Assembly (NCBI GenBank): GCA_001662655.1
Contig: KV460220.1
From: Pseudogymnoascus verrucosus
Lineage: Eukaryota
Length of the DNA stretch: 64,000 nucleotides
Reading direction: 5' to 3' (one strand)
Made by a program: the position numbers and the translations under genes. This document shows positions 1-10,213 of the stretch, in pieces. Positions within the stretch are counted from its first letter, which is position 1. Each line of letters opens with the position of its first letter. The notes below the pieces were generated by a model that worked only from the letters and a program-made list of their open reading frames with translations, was not told the origin of the DNA and did not search any database.

Positions 1-1491
1 CAAGGCAGAACGGACTCTGTTTGCTAATTTGACTCCGCCTCTAGTAGCACATTAAAAATATCTGTGGCCTTGGCGACGCGAGATACCCTGTAGATAGTGA
101 GGTCATTAGGATCGCTATAGTTTGGTTTTGATACCCTTAATAACACAGCCACAGTAGCCAGTATTTGACTTCCAAGTCCAATAAGATTAAGTTAAAGTGT
201 GAAATTTAGCTGACGTTTTGTTACGCAGATCCTGCATAGCTAGAACCACAGCTAAATATCCTTGCTGCTCTTAAATTAGGCTGTTATTCGTATACGGGAC
301 GGGTAATGAGTTTACCTTTAATACGAGCATGCTTCAGGAACGCGGGCCTTTAATCCCATGGGTAGATCCATACAAATTATGAGGGGTAACGTCCCTACCC
401 CGCATTATTCATCTTTACTCATCTCTTCTATCAGATGGAAGTGAATATCGATCTTAAATACAATAATTCGCCGAGGCAACGAGGTGCCTGCACAAAAATA
501 AGTAACTTGTGTAAAGGTAGCTTAATAAAACAGCAGAAATGAATTCACAATACCAATTTCCGTGAACCATCTAAGATCTTCTCTATGGTTAACGTTACCA
601 GCTCGCTACCAACTCCCCTGAATGAGTGATATCCACAATAGTAAATTCAGAGGCCCCTATAGTCAAACAACGATATAGATATCAATAAACTATCACCATC
701 TATTGGCAAATTTTAAGCGCTGTGGGCTACTTTGGAAGGTCCTACCTCGGTCGTACTTTTCGCAATGCTAAGTCATACAGCCTAGAGCTTCCGTGGTGGC
801 GTCGACGGTGTTGGAAGCGGGACCCAAAGTAAGAGCTTAGAAACTGCCGCTAATCATTGCCGATGTACGATCTTAGGGTTCCGGAAAGTCTGACCGAGAG
901 CCTAATCTATGGACTCATTTATATCTTGTAGATCCTTGCTGCTATAGGCAAATACTCTTGACTCGAGATTTAGTTCGCGTATCAATAACCTTAATTCTAC
1001 TCCATCTGGTCACCCATCCCATGTCCACTGAAATATATTGAAATAAATCGCATATTACCTTCGGACGACAAATATGGATGATCTACGCCTACTCTGTATG
1101 GTACTTAGGGGCACGAGCAGAGTTTTGAGGATTATTCAGGAATTACTCAGGGAGGGGCCCGGTGGGGTAGCGACCACAGCTCGACTACTCCTCTGTTCTG
1201 AATTTGGGGGTTTGCTCCAACTACCTATTAGATAGGCATGTTTAGTTTATACCTACTTTAAATCTACTTTAAATGAAATGCCAAGCTGTCTTATAGATTA
1301 TGTACTTCAACTCTTCGAGTCATTTAGGCACATACTGTTGGATCAGTTGATGGGACTATTAGCGATGCCTTTTCGATTTTTGATAATTGTTTGAGTAGCA
1401 GTGTATATAATCATCCTAAATTCTCTAGAATATGAGCTCATTCATAAATCAAGCCGCATTTCAAGCCTTATTCTGATCCACGACACTCAAC

Positions 1492-2644
1492 ATGATATAC
1501 TCGGAGACTCTATTAGGTGCCTTGCTGCTGAGCTCGTTCATTCCTGCAGTACTTGGTCAGAGTTCTGTATGGGGCCAATGAAAGTCAACTCTCCCTAGGC
1601 GTACTAAACAAGGCTAATATTCTAATTTAGGTGGGGGTATGGGCTGGACTGGACCAAATACGTGTGTATCCGGAGCATGCTGCACCTTTTCTAATGACTG
1701 GTAGTAAGTTATGTCCTTGTTGCCTAGCTTTTATAGCCACAATCTCTAATATACGTCGGTGTAGCTCTCAATGCATCCCTGGCAACTGTCAGGGTGGTGG
1801 AGTAACAACTGCTTCTACAACTGTGGGAGTAACCACCACTGCTACTACTCAACCGGGCTCTACTGCTACCTCCAACCCCGGATCAGGCTCCGCGGGCTGC
1901 GGGAAGAACCCAGGACTTACCAGCGGCACCAAGTCAATCACTGTTAACGGCAAAACTCGCCAGTATATTATCAAAATCCCTGATAATTACCAGAGCAACA
2001 GGCCTTACAAGTTGATCTTCGGTCTTCACTGGCTCTCAGGGAGCATGAATGATGTTGTGAACGGCCAGTACTACGGCTTGCTACCATTGTCTAATAACGA
2101 TGTCATATTTGTTGCTCCGAATGGATTAAACAACGGATGGGCCAATTCTGGAGGTGAGGACGTCGCTTTTATTGATGCTTTGGTCAGCACCGTTGAGGCA
2201 GGACTCTGCGTAAATCCAAAGTTGCGCTTTGCCACTGGCTTCAGCTACGGCGGAGGGATGTCATACTCACTTGCCTGCTCCCGTGCAAACGTTTTCCGAG
2301 CCGTTGCAGTTATTGCTGGCGCCGAGATTAGCGGTTGCAGTGGTGGAACTTCTCCTGTCCCTTACTTGGGAATCCATGGAATTAGTGACAGCGTTCTTAA
2401 TATTAGTCAAGGCCGAAGCCTCCGTGACAAGTTCGTCTCCAACAATCGCTGCAACCCACAGAGCCCTCCTGAGCCCGCCAGAGGTAGTCGCTCGCATATC
2501 AAGACTGTGTATTCAGGGTGTACGTCAGGCTTTCCTGTGTGGTGGATTGCGCACGATGGAGACCATGTCCCTACACCACAGGATGGCAATGGACAATACT
2601 GGGCGCCAGGAGAAACATGGACCTTTTTTAGCCAGTTTTTCTAA
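1492..2644 (+). CDS. Secreted CBM1-containing carbohydrate esterase (CE1 / feruloyl esterase-like); first intron has a non-canonical donor, so possibly a pseudogene
   Basis: Signal peptide MIYSETLLGALLLSSFIPAVLG from ATG 1492; CBM1 (WGQCGGMGWTGPNTCVSG..C...NDWYSQC) rebuilt across introns 1580-1630 and 1704-1764; Thr/Ser linker; esterase motif GFSYGG. Confidence 0.8.
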
Positions 2645-2967
2645 ACAGGATCCTGAGATCTAACCGGGGAAATTTATTGGAATTTCTCAGTTCATTCTTG
2701 ATAGTCATTGGTTGCAAATAGTAGGAAGTCCAACTGTTAGGAATTCTTCAATATTAAGCGCTTAACCATAATGTCTTCGCAGTCGCACATATTGGTGTTG
2801 TATATGCCTATAGTAATGATTATTTCAAATTAGGAAAACCTTAGTGCTTCCTGCATGTACTCGTAACCTTTAAATGTGGAATTATTAGACGATTTGCAAG
2901 CTTGCAAAGCCCTGTTACCTTCAAAATTTAGTTCTTGCTAACCTTACCACACAACGCCTTCCCAAAA

Positions 2968-3735
2968 ATGGGCAACGACCTTGCCTCCTGTCCAACCTGG
3001 ACCCTTTCAGAAGCAACATCAGAATCATACGGCCACACAATTCGCGCCATGAAACTCTCTTCCTTCCCAAAATTCGGCTTTGTCATCTACCGCTGCACAT
3101 ACAGCGACGACGCAGCCTGGACCCAGCTCCTTTCACTTATACAGCGAGAAGCCCAAGAGGCCATCAAAGAATTAGGACCAGGGCGTGATTGGCTAGGCGC
3201 GCATCTAGAATGGACAATCGTCGAGGATCCGACGCTAGATGACGCTACCCAGGAGCAGGTGAAGAGGAAGTTTGATGGGTGGGCTGGTGGTGTTGTAGAG
3301 GAGTATGAGCGCACAAGCACGGATAATGTGAGGGGGTTACCGAGGTTTAATTTTTGTGTGTTTGTGGATGAGAAGTGTTTGGCCAGCTTGGAGAAACCAA
3401 AGGCGGTGGTGGATGGGAGGAAACCGCCTGTATTTGTAGTACTGGTGAGGGCTGAGAGGGGGATACTGGCTTGGGTGCTTCAGGCGCAGGCGGCGGCTTC
3501 TCAGCGCTCGCGGAGTGGCGTTGACTCTGAGGACGAGGAAGAAGAAATATTCGATGACGAAGATGAGGAGGAGGTTGAAGATGAGGATGATATACCTTTA
3601 GCGGCCCATAAGGCCAGCTGGATGTATGTAGAGACGCAGCATCTGCTCTCGCTTTACAATTCCTTGCATGCTGATTCAGGCTGGGAGCACCTCTACGTCC
3701 GGCCGCCAGGGGTTTATAGGAGGAATGAGGCCTGA
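2968..3735 (+). CDS. Hypothetical fungal protein (FGFVIYRCTY..D..W motif, acidic tract)
   Basis: Intronless ORF of about 255 aa; the GFVIYRCTY motif recurs in uncharacterised ascomycete proteins. Confidence 0.65.
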   Translation: MGNDLASCPTWTLSEATSESYGHTIRAMKLSSFPKFGFVIYRCTYSDDAAWTQLLSLIQREAQEAIKELGPGRDWLGAHLEWTIVEDPTLDDATQEQVKRKFDGWAGGVVEEYERTSTDNVRGLPRFNFCVFVDEKCLASLEKPKAVVDGRKPPVFVVLVRAERGILAWVLQAQAAASQRSRSGVDSEDEEEEIFDDEDEEEVEDEDDIPLAAHKASWMYVETQHLLSLYNSLHADSGWEHLYVRPPGVYRRNEA

Positions 3736-3759
3736 AGTCAATACAGACGCTGAGGGATG

Positions 3760-3791
3760 TTCAAACTCAAACCTATTGATTGGTATTTAGC
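3760..3791. repeat. 32-bp direct repeat R, copy 1 (5S spacer)
   Basis: ttcaaactcaaacctattgattggtatttagc; 2 mismatches to the copies at 8863-8894 and 30532-30563. Confidence 0.95.
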
Positions 3792-3830
3792 GGTGATACT
3801 TCAAAAAGGCAAAAAAAATAAAAGACAAAA

Positions 3831-3895
3831 ACATACAACAGTGGGTATTCGCTGGTGGTCACCCACCCAACTACTAATCTACCGATCTCAAGCTT
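3831..3895 (-). rRNA. 5S rRNA gene copy 1, 3' part (interrupted)
   Basis: Reverse complement reads AAGCTTGAGATCGGTAGATTAGTAGTTGGGTGGGTGACCACCAGCGAATACCCACTGTTGTATGT, followed by T-tracts (Pol III terminator); joins 8759-8812 to give a 119-nt 5S. Confidence 0.95.
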
Positions 3896-4100
3896 TTAGT
3901 AGATTAATACTCAGGACGGTGCCATTTGGACTAGTGGGTGAGCGTTGCCGCCTTTAAGATTTTAATGTCCTCGCAATGATCCGGTTGTCCCCCTTAGCTA
4001 CCTGATGGCGACCACGTCGACACGCACGAAGTGGGTCTTGTATTAAGGCGCGATGAACGCGATGCACCGCGACTTTGGATGGCCATGGATAATCCGGTAC

Positions 4101-4150
4101 CTAGGTGAGCGAAGGTGAGCGTGGGTGAGCAAGGGTGAGCGAGGGTGAGC
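4101..4150 (+). repeat. Five tandem 10-mers nnnGGTGAGC upstream of a TATAAAA
   Basis: ctaggtgagc gaaggtgagc gtgggtgagc aagggtgagc gagggtgagc; inverted copy gctcacccttgc at 8660-8671. Confidence 0.9.
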
Positions 4151-4819
4151 TTGAAAATGGTATAAAAGGCACGCTCCCGCCATGTCTAGATTTCCCTGTC
4201 TACCATCTACAACATACTTCATTCACTTTCAAGGACTTACCTAGTAATATGAGACGGAAAACCCTCATCTTCCACCACGCACAAGGAAGGTCTGGCCACT
4301 TTTAAGTTCTAGATTGCTAAAAAAAATATATTACACGTCCACGTAGTTGCGTGTTACTTGCGAGGTCTTCCTAACTTAAGGGAACATATCAGGGCGATAA
4401 TAGTTAAATATTATTTTTATAAAGTTTACAAATGAGAATTTAACGACGCTGTCAACTTTAAGTTGGGATGTATATATAGAAACGTTGTACATTTTCTAAG
4501 TTATAGCGCCGGCTAATCTAACTCTGTTAATACAGCTAACGAAAGAGACACATTAGTTCTTCCTCTGTTGCCTTGTTATGAGATGCTTGTCTCATTTCTG
4601 TTGCCTCATCTCCCGCCGTTTAGAAATACCACCTTTCGTCATCGATTTAGCTAAGGTTGAGGTGATTTGTAGTATGGTATAATATTCTCCTCTACCATAT
4701 TCCAAGTATTTACAAGAGAACAGAAATGTCAGAAATGAAACGAGATGGCGAGATCGTGGCAATAGTTAGACCGCTTGCCATCTCAAAGCAACTTATTCCA
4801 CCCACTACAGTCTCCTTGC

Positions 4820-6368
4820 TCATAGCAACACAGCAAACAGCGCAGCGAATCCAGCACCAAGACCAAAAATCGCCGACATAGGACCATTAGGCACAGCAGC
4901 TGCGGCGGAAAAAATAGGCACGCTGGTGGTCGTCGCGGAAGGGTTCGTGTTCGTCAACGTGGCGAGTGTGGTAGGCACAGCGGACGGTGGAGTTGTTGGC
5001 TCTGGAACGCCATCGGGGCAGTGCCAGTGGTCGCCGTGAGCAACACACTCGCCTGATGTAGTCTCACTTGCCGTGGCAGTAGGCGTAGATCCTGGTGGAG
5101 TAGAAGGCTCCAGCACGCCAGCTGGGCAGTCCCAGTGGTCACCATGAGCTATGCATTCGTCGCCGGTGAAAGGTGGTGTGGTTCCACCCGTTGCACCTCC
5201 TGGTGGTGTTGTTGGCTCGGGCACGCCGGCTGGACAGTCCCAGTGGTCACCATGAGCTATGCATTTGCCGCCGGTGACAGGTGGTGTGGTTCCACCTGGT
5301 GCATATCCTGGTGGTGGTGTTGGCTCGGGCACGCCGGCTGGGCAGTCCCAGTGGTCGCCATGAGATACGCATTCACCGCCAGTGACAGGTGGCGTAGTTC
5401 CACCTCCTGGTAGCGTTGTTGGCTCCGGAACGCCAGCTGGGCAGTCCCAGTGGTTACCATGAGCTACACATTCGCCTTCAGATATTGGTGCGGTGGTCGA
5501 GGTAGGTGACGATGTTGAGGTAATCGTTGGAGGTGGGGTGGTTGGTTCTGGCACGCCCTCTGGACAGTGCCAGTGGTCACCATGAGCTACGCATTCACCT
5601 TCAGATATCGGAGCTGTGGTTGAGGTAGTTGACGATGTCGAGGTAGGTGTTGGAGGTGGTGTTGTTGGTTCTGGAATGCCCGCTGGGCAATCCCAGTGGT
5701 CACCATGAGCCACGCATTCGCCTTCAGATATCGGAGCGGTGGTTGAGGTATCTGACGATATTGAGGTAGACGTTGGAGGTGGGGTGGTTGGCTCTGGCAC
5801 ACCAGCTGGGCAGTCCCAGTGGTCATCGTGAGCTACGCATGTTGGTGCAGCCGTTTCAGTGGGGTTGACGGAACTGCAATGCCCTGGGGATTGTTAGATA
5901 TCTGAAGATTCCTGATATAATGAAAAGATGCAGGGAAAGGAAGGCGGGTGTCTCACAATGGTCACCATGGAGTGTACAATCGCCAGCTGTTGGCGAGGGC
6001 GGAATAACCACAGTCGTAGTAGGGCAGGCTCCCGTGATCGTGTAGGTGTTGATGATGATCTTGTAACCGGCCGAGGTGAGTACGTGCGAATCCTCAAAGT
6101 TGTAGGCCGTGATAAGGCCGAGGCCGGGGAAGTTGAACGCGGTGGTGTGGACGGCGATCTGGGAACCCGTCTCGGATGCGGACCCTTGAACGCTGTTGAC
6201 AGAGGAGGCCCAGTTCTTGTAGTCGGTCACGGTGTGATCAATCCCGAGGCTCGTTACGGTCTTCGTGCACAGCTCGGAGGCGGCAGTGGTGATTCCTGCC
6301 TGGGGCTGTGGGAGGGCAAAGGCAAGCCTGACGAGCACGCTGCCTGCGAAAAAGTGCAGGAGATTCAT
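4820..6368 (-). CDS. Secreted, probably GPI-anchored protein with 9 C-x-x-H-G-D-H-W-[DH]-C repeats (putative metal/zinc binding)
   Basis: Signal peptide MNLLHFFAGSVLVRLAFA; GT-AG intron 5956-5884 joins the two ORFs in frame (about 491 aa); Pro/Thr linkers; hydrophobic C-terminal tail. Confidence 0.85.
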
Positions 6369-7283
6369 GGTCGGAATTGATGATGGTGATTGAGGGCTGG
6401 CCTCGACTGATCTTATCTGTCAAAACGAATGAGGATGGGTGCAGCCTTGATTAGGGTGCCGAGAGCTCTTTTTATATAACTTCGACAGAGCAGCCTCATA
6501 TTGCATAATTGGCTGGAGCGCCGGACGGTACTGAAGTTATCATATCACGTAACAACAAAGGCAACAACAATCTAGCCCTTAGCTATCACAACCTATCACC
6601 CATGTACCGTAGCATGGCGTCGGGAAAGAGAGGGTATGACAGGAAAATGGCGCAGAAAACGAGTTAGGAACCAGCTGGTATGCATAGTAATGTTCGGTTG
6701 GCCACTGTGTTAACGCGCCAAGTATTGGTTCTGGCCCTTTAAGGATTAAATATGACAGCTCCCTAAGAAATACTAAGACGCTAATCCCGCGAACAGGTGT
6801 TTGTTTTCGGTATCGCATGCGGAACATCTGGTAACTCCAGCCTACACAGTGCAGAAAAGGGTTTGTCCGCACGGGAAGCATATGGCTTCCTCGTGGGGGT
6901 TGTAACCCTCGTGGGTATGACACCCATGGGATTATCTCTTGGATTATCTTGGGAGACGGGAGAAGACGCTGAGTTAGTCGTGTCAAGGACGCTGTCATTT
7001 AATCCGCCGAACTAAGAACGAAACCTTGGGGGATCTGTAGATTACTAGGTGACTGAAAGAAAGAGGCAGATGGAGAGAGAAAGAGGGGTAAAGAAAGGAA
7101 GGCATCACGGCATGGTCATGTTCGTCTTACCTCACGCCTCTGCCTCACCTTCTATATAACTCCCCCCTCTGCCTCCCAAACAACAAGACAACCAACACTC
7201 ACATCCACATCCACACACTCCATCTTTCCAACTTCCCGAAGCTCACAACCACTCACCATCAAATCACCACCAAATAAATCAAC

Positions 7284-7523
7284 ATGAAGATCACAATCAC
7301 CTCCGTCCTCCTCTTCGCCGCGGCTGCCAGCGCCATCGTCGTCAAGCGCCAGTGCGAGCCGCCATCCAACACCGAATGCACCCTCGTCGTCGGCACCACC
7401 TGCGATTACTGCTGCTCTGCCCTCCCAACGGGAACTGACGCCTGCCACGCGCACGAGCCCTTCCAAAGCTGCGCAGACGGCCAGGGAATTATCTTCCACT
7501 GCGATGCGGTCCACAAGTTGTAG
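7284..7523 (+). CDS. Small secreted Cys/His-rich protein (79 aa)
   Basis: Signal peptide MKITITSVLLFAAAASA, KR processing site, 8 Cys, CHAH and FHC motifs; TATA near 7153 and CA-rich leader; C-ending codon bias. Confidence 0.75.
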   Translation: MKITITSVLLFAAAASAIVVKRQCEPPSNTECTLVVGTTCDYCCSALPTGTDACHAHEPFQSCADGQGIIFHCDAVHKL

Positions 7524-8751
7524 ACGGTCCTCGGGATGTCTCGCTTGCAAACAATGAATAAGGTGAGTTGGGAGCTGGGATGTTAGTATAGGCTGAGGAT
7601 GTTTACTGATTAGTGACTTTCCTTGAAGATTGCCAAGTGTGGATGAATTGCAGATGGGATGGGGTCGTCGACTGTTTGCTAACTTACATTCAACATGGAT
7701 CAGCGAGGATGTTTTAATACATGAAATGTTCTCCATTATGCTTGGTGTGCCTTTTTGTCTACGTATGTGCGGTAATGATCGTGCAGATTGTACTGGTGAT
7801 CATAATACCTTACAATAGTATTGACCAACTTGGCGGAATTGATGGTGGTAGTAGTAAAAGATTCAATTCCTGGGGCAAGAGGATGATGATGGTCGTCGTC
7901 CCTCGAACCCTCCAGGTATCCCGCCAAGCGGCCAAGCCACGCCCCTTTCCGCTCCGCCCCGCCCGCAACTTTGACAGATGGCTCAATTGGTAGTCGCGAC
8001 ATCGCAGCGTCACCTTGGGGGATATAACTGCCATTGACATGGGGTCATTCTATTACACACATGTTTGATTAGCGACACTCACTTTGCATTTCCTTTCTGT
8101 TTTTTCGTTTCCGTGCCTTGAATGTGTGCGGGGGGGGGGTTTAGCTCTTTCCACTGTTCTGGTCTCCTTATCCAGTCGATGCCATGGAGGTGGACTCTCA
8201 GACAGCTCTTCCCGGTCCTCGGTTGTGCGATTATGGAGCTGTTAGGTTCTCGTGAATTTTCGGTGTTTTCTTGTCTGGTCCGATTTCCAGGGAGTAGAGG
8301 AAGCGTCCGTGTTTTCCTTGTTTTCAATAGTATCCCAGTCATTGTAAGATCCAATATCGCCTTGGTTGGGTGAGGATATAGAAAGCCTGAGTGGTCTCTC
8401 GTATGGGGTACCTCTAGATCGCTAGGTGAGTGTATTTCTTATAGCACCCCTCTATTGCACGCTTGTTGTTTCTCTGCGTTGATTCTAGATCCGAAGTGTG
8501 AGCTGGAAACGCGTGAAGAATGCGGGGTTAGTGAGGGGTACAAGGAGATGATTTGAATCTGAAGAACGAGTTTGGATAAATCAATCACTCAACCATAGTC
8601 ACCAATCCAACTATACGTATCTACTCGGTACCATTTCCACAGACTATACTTGCCTTAATGCTCACCCTTGCTTCACCCCTTAAGGCGGCAAGGGGCTCAG
8701 ATTCCACGCTATGCCTACTGGCACGATTGAGAGCATCAATCCACTGAACTA

Positions 8752-8812
8752 CAAGCTTGTGTATGGCAGAGCGGACGGGATGCCCAATTCTCTTGAGTCT
8801 ATGGTCGTATGT
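8752..8812 (-). rRNA. 5S rRNA gene copy 1, 5' part (interrupted)
   Basis: Reverse complement ACATACGACCATAGACTCAAGAGAATTGGGCATCCCGTCCGCTCTGCCATACACAAGCTTG is the 5' half of a Pezizomycotina 5S. Confidence 0.95.
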
Positions 8813-8862
8813 GATAGTTACTCAGTTGGTAGACTATATGTGCCAGCATACGACTACTGACA

Positions 8863-8894
8863 TTCAAACTCAAAACTGTTGATTGGTATTTAGC
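8863..8894. repeat. 32-bp direct repeat R, copy 2
   Basis: ttcaaactcaaaactgttgattggtatttagc, identical to 30532-30563. Confidence 0.95.
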
Positions 8895-8929
8895 AATGAT
8901 ACTCCGAAAAGGCCAAAAAAATGGCAAAA

Positions 8930-8959
8930 ACATACAACAGTGGGTATTCGCTGGTGGTC
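8930..8959 (-). rRNA. 5S rRNA gene copy 2, last 30 nt (truncated fragment)
   Basis: acatacaacagtgggtattcgctggtggtc is identical to 3831-3860; preceded by A-tracts (terminator on the minus strand). Confidence 0.9.
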
Positions 8960-9130
8960 GCTCAGTAAATGTGAGCAACTAATAAAATGAAGATAAAATT
9001 CAACCGAGGTCGGGTTAACCTCCCATTAGGTATAAGATATGAGGAATGAAATTGTGAATATACGCATACTAGAACATCGTTAGCTATCTTACTATGTTAC
9101 CGGGAATATTTAAGGATGTCTTGAATTCCC

Positions 9131-10213
9131 TTATAAATCCGCCTTTGCCTGCTCTCCAGCCCATGCCCTCCTGATCAATTCCCTAATCCCCTCTTTCTCC
9201 ACCCTCCTCGGATTCCAGTACGGATTCGATACCGCAATATTAGCCGCCTTGTCCACGTCCTCCTCCTTCATGCCAAAGTTCTTTAAGCCACGTTCGACGT
9301 TCAGATTCCCTAGTAGCACGTTGAGACCCTTAATTGCATCCCCATCGCTCCCTGGTAAAACCCTAGCTAGCTTTTCCATAACCCCCGGAATCTCAGACGA
9401 GTTGTAAGCAAGTGCGTGTGGTAACACTATCGTGTGTGTTTCGGCATGCGGGAGATTGAACGAGCCACCAAGGGTATGGCACAATTTGTGGTGCAGGCTC
9501 ATTCCCACCGAACCTAGGCACAATCCGCACAACCACGCGCCGTATAACGCCTCCGTCCTCGCCTCCACGTCGTTCGGCATATTAACGATCTGCGGTAGCG
9601 CAGCGGCGAGCGCCTGGGTGCCTTCTAGCGCAAGTAGGGAGATAATCGGGTTCGTATTCTGCGCATACAGCGCCTCGACGGCGTGTGCAATTGCATTTAA
9701 ACCGCTTGTGGCTGACATGGACGGCGGCAGTGTCATGGTGAGGTCGACGTCGTAGATCACCGTGCCGGGAAGGATCTTGGGGTCACAGCGTGTCTTCTTC
9801 ACACCGTCAGCTGTCTCCCCTAAGATGGGGGTCATTTCAGAGCCGGCGTAGGTAGTAGGGATGCAGATGTGAGGGAGACCGGTGCGGATACTAAGGGCTT
9901 TGCCGAGACCGATCGTGCTGCCGCCGCCGATGGATATGATGCTATCGGCAGAAATGGATTTTGCGTATTCTAACGCCTTTTCCGTGATGTCGGTTGGCGT
10001 GTGCATGGTCGCCTCGGTGAAAATGCCCGCGATGTTACCGTTGAGGATCTTCTTCAAGGTCTCAGCCTGTGAGACTTGGTAGGGAGTAGAAAGGAGGAGA
10101 GGAGCTTTGAGGCATTGTCGTGAGATTTCAGAGGGGAGTTGTTGGATGGTGCCCTTGCCGAAGATTACGCGGGAGGGTGATGAGGCGTAGACGAAGTTCT
10201 TGGAGAGATCCAT
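9131..10213 (-). CDS. Maleylacetate reductase (iron-type alcohol dehydrogenase family)
   Basis: Intronless 360 aa; GGGSTIGLGKA, PTTYAGSEMT, NAIAHAVEALYA and HHKLCHTLGGSFNLPHAETH motifs. Confidence 0.92.
   Translation of the reverse strand: MDLSKNFVYASSPSRVIFGKGTIQQLPSEISRQCLKAPLLLSTPYQVSQAETLKKILNGNIAGIFTEATMHTPTDITEKALEYAKSISADSIISIGGGSTIGLGKALSIRTGLPHICIPTTYAGSEMTPILGETADGVKKTRCDPKILPGTVIYDVDLTMTLPPSMSATSGLNAIAHAVEALYAQNTNPIISLLALEGTQALAAALPQIVNMPNDVEARTEALYGAWLCGLCLGSVGMSLHHKLCHTLGGSFNLPHAETHTIVLPHALAYNSSEIPGVMEKLARVLPGSDGDAIKGLNVLLGNLNVERGLKNFGMKEEDVDKAANIAVSNPYWNPRRVEKEGIRELIRRAWAGEQAKADL

Larger units (their letters stand above)
3896..8751. mobile_element. Insert A: 4.9-kb cargo element inserted in 5S rDNA (non-autonomous, Starship-like)
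   Basis: CAAGCTT direct repeat at 3889-3895 and 8752-8758; splits one 5S gene precisely; imperfect inverted ends (ttgccgcctt 3945-3954 / aaggcggcaa 8682-8691). Confidence 0.8.

Noticed and set aside
1..1400. AT/TpA-rich non-coding start of the window
   Set aside because: May be RIP-degraded repeat DNA, but no ORF, terminal repeat or family signature could be identified
8079..8373. Short ORFs near the right end of insert A
   Set aside because: No recognisable domain or codon bias; they could be a gene remnant, but I cannot support that
9131..10213. Recent bacterial origin of the intronless maleylacetate reductase
   Set aside because: Lack of introns alone is insufficient and fungal members of this family exist; a phylogeny would be needed
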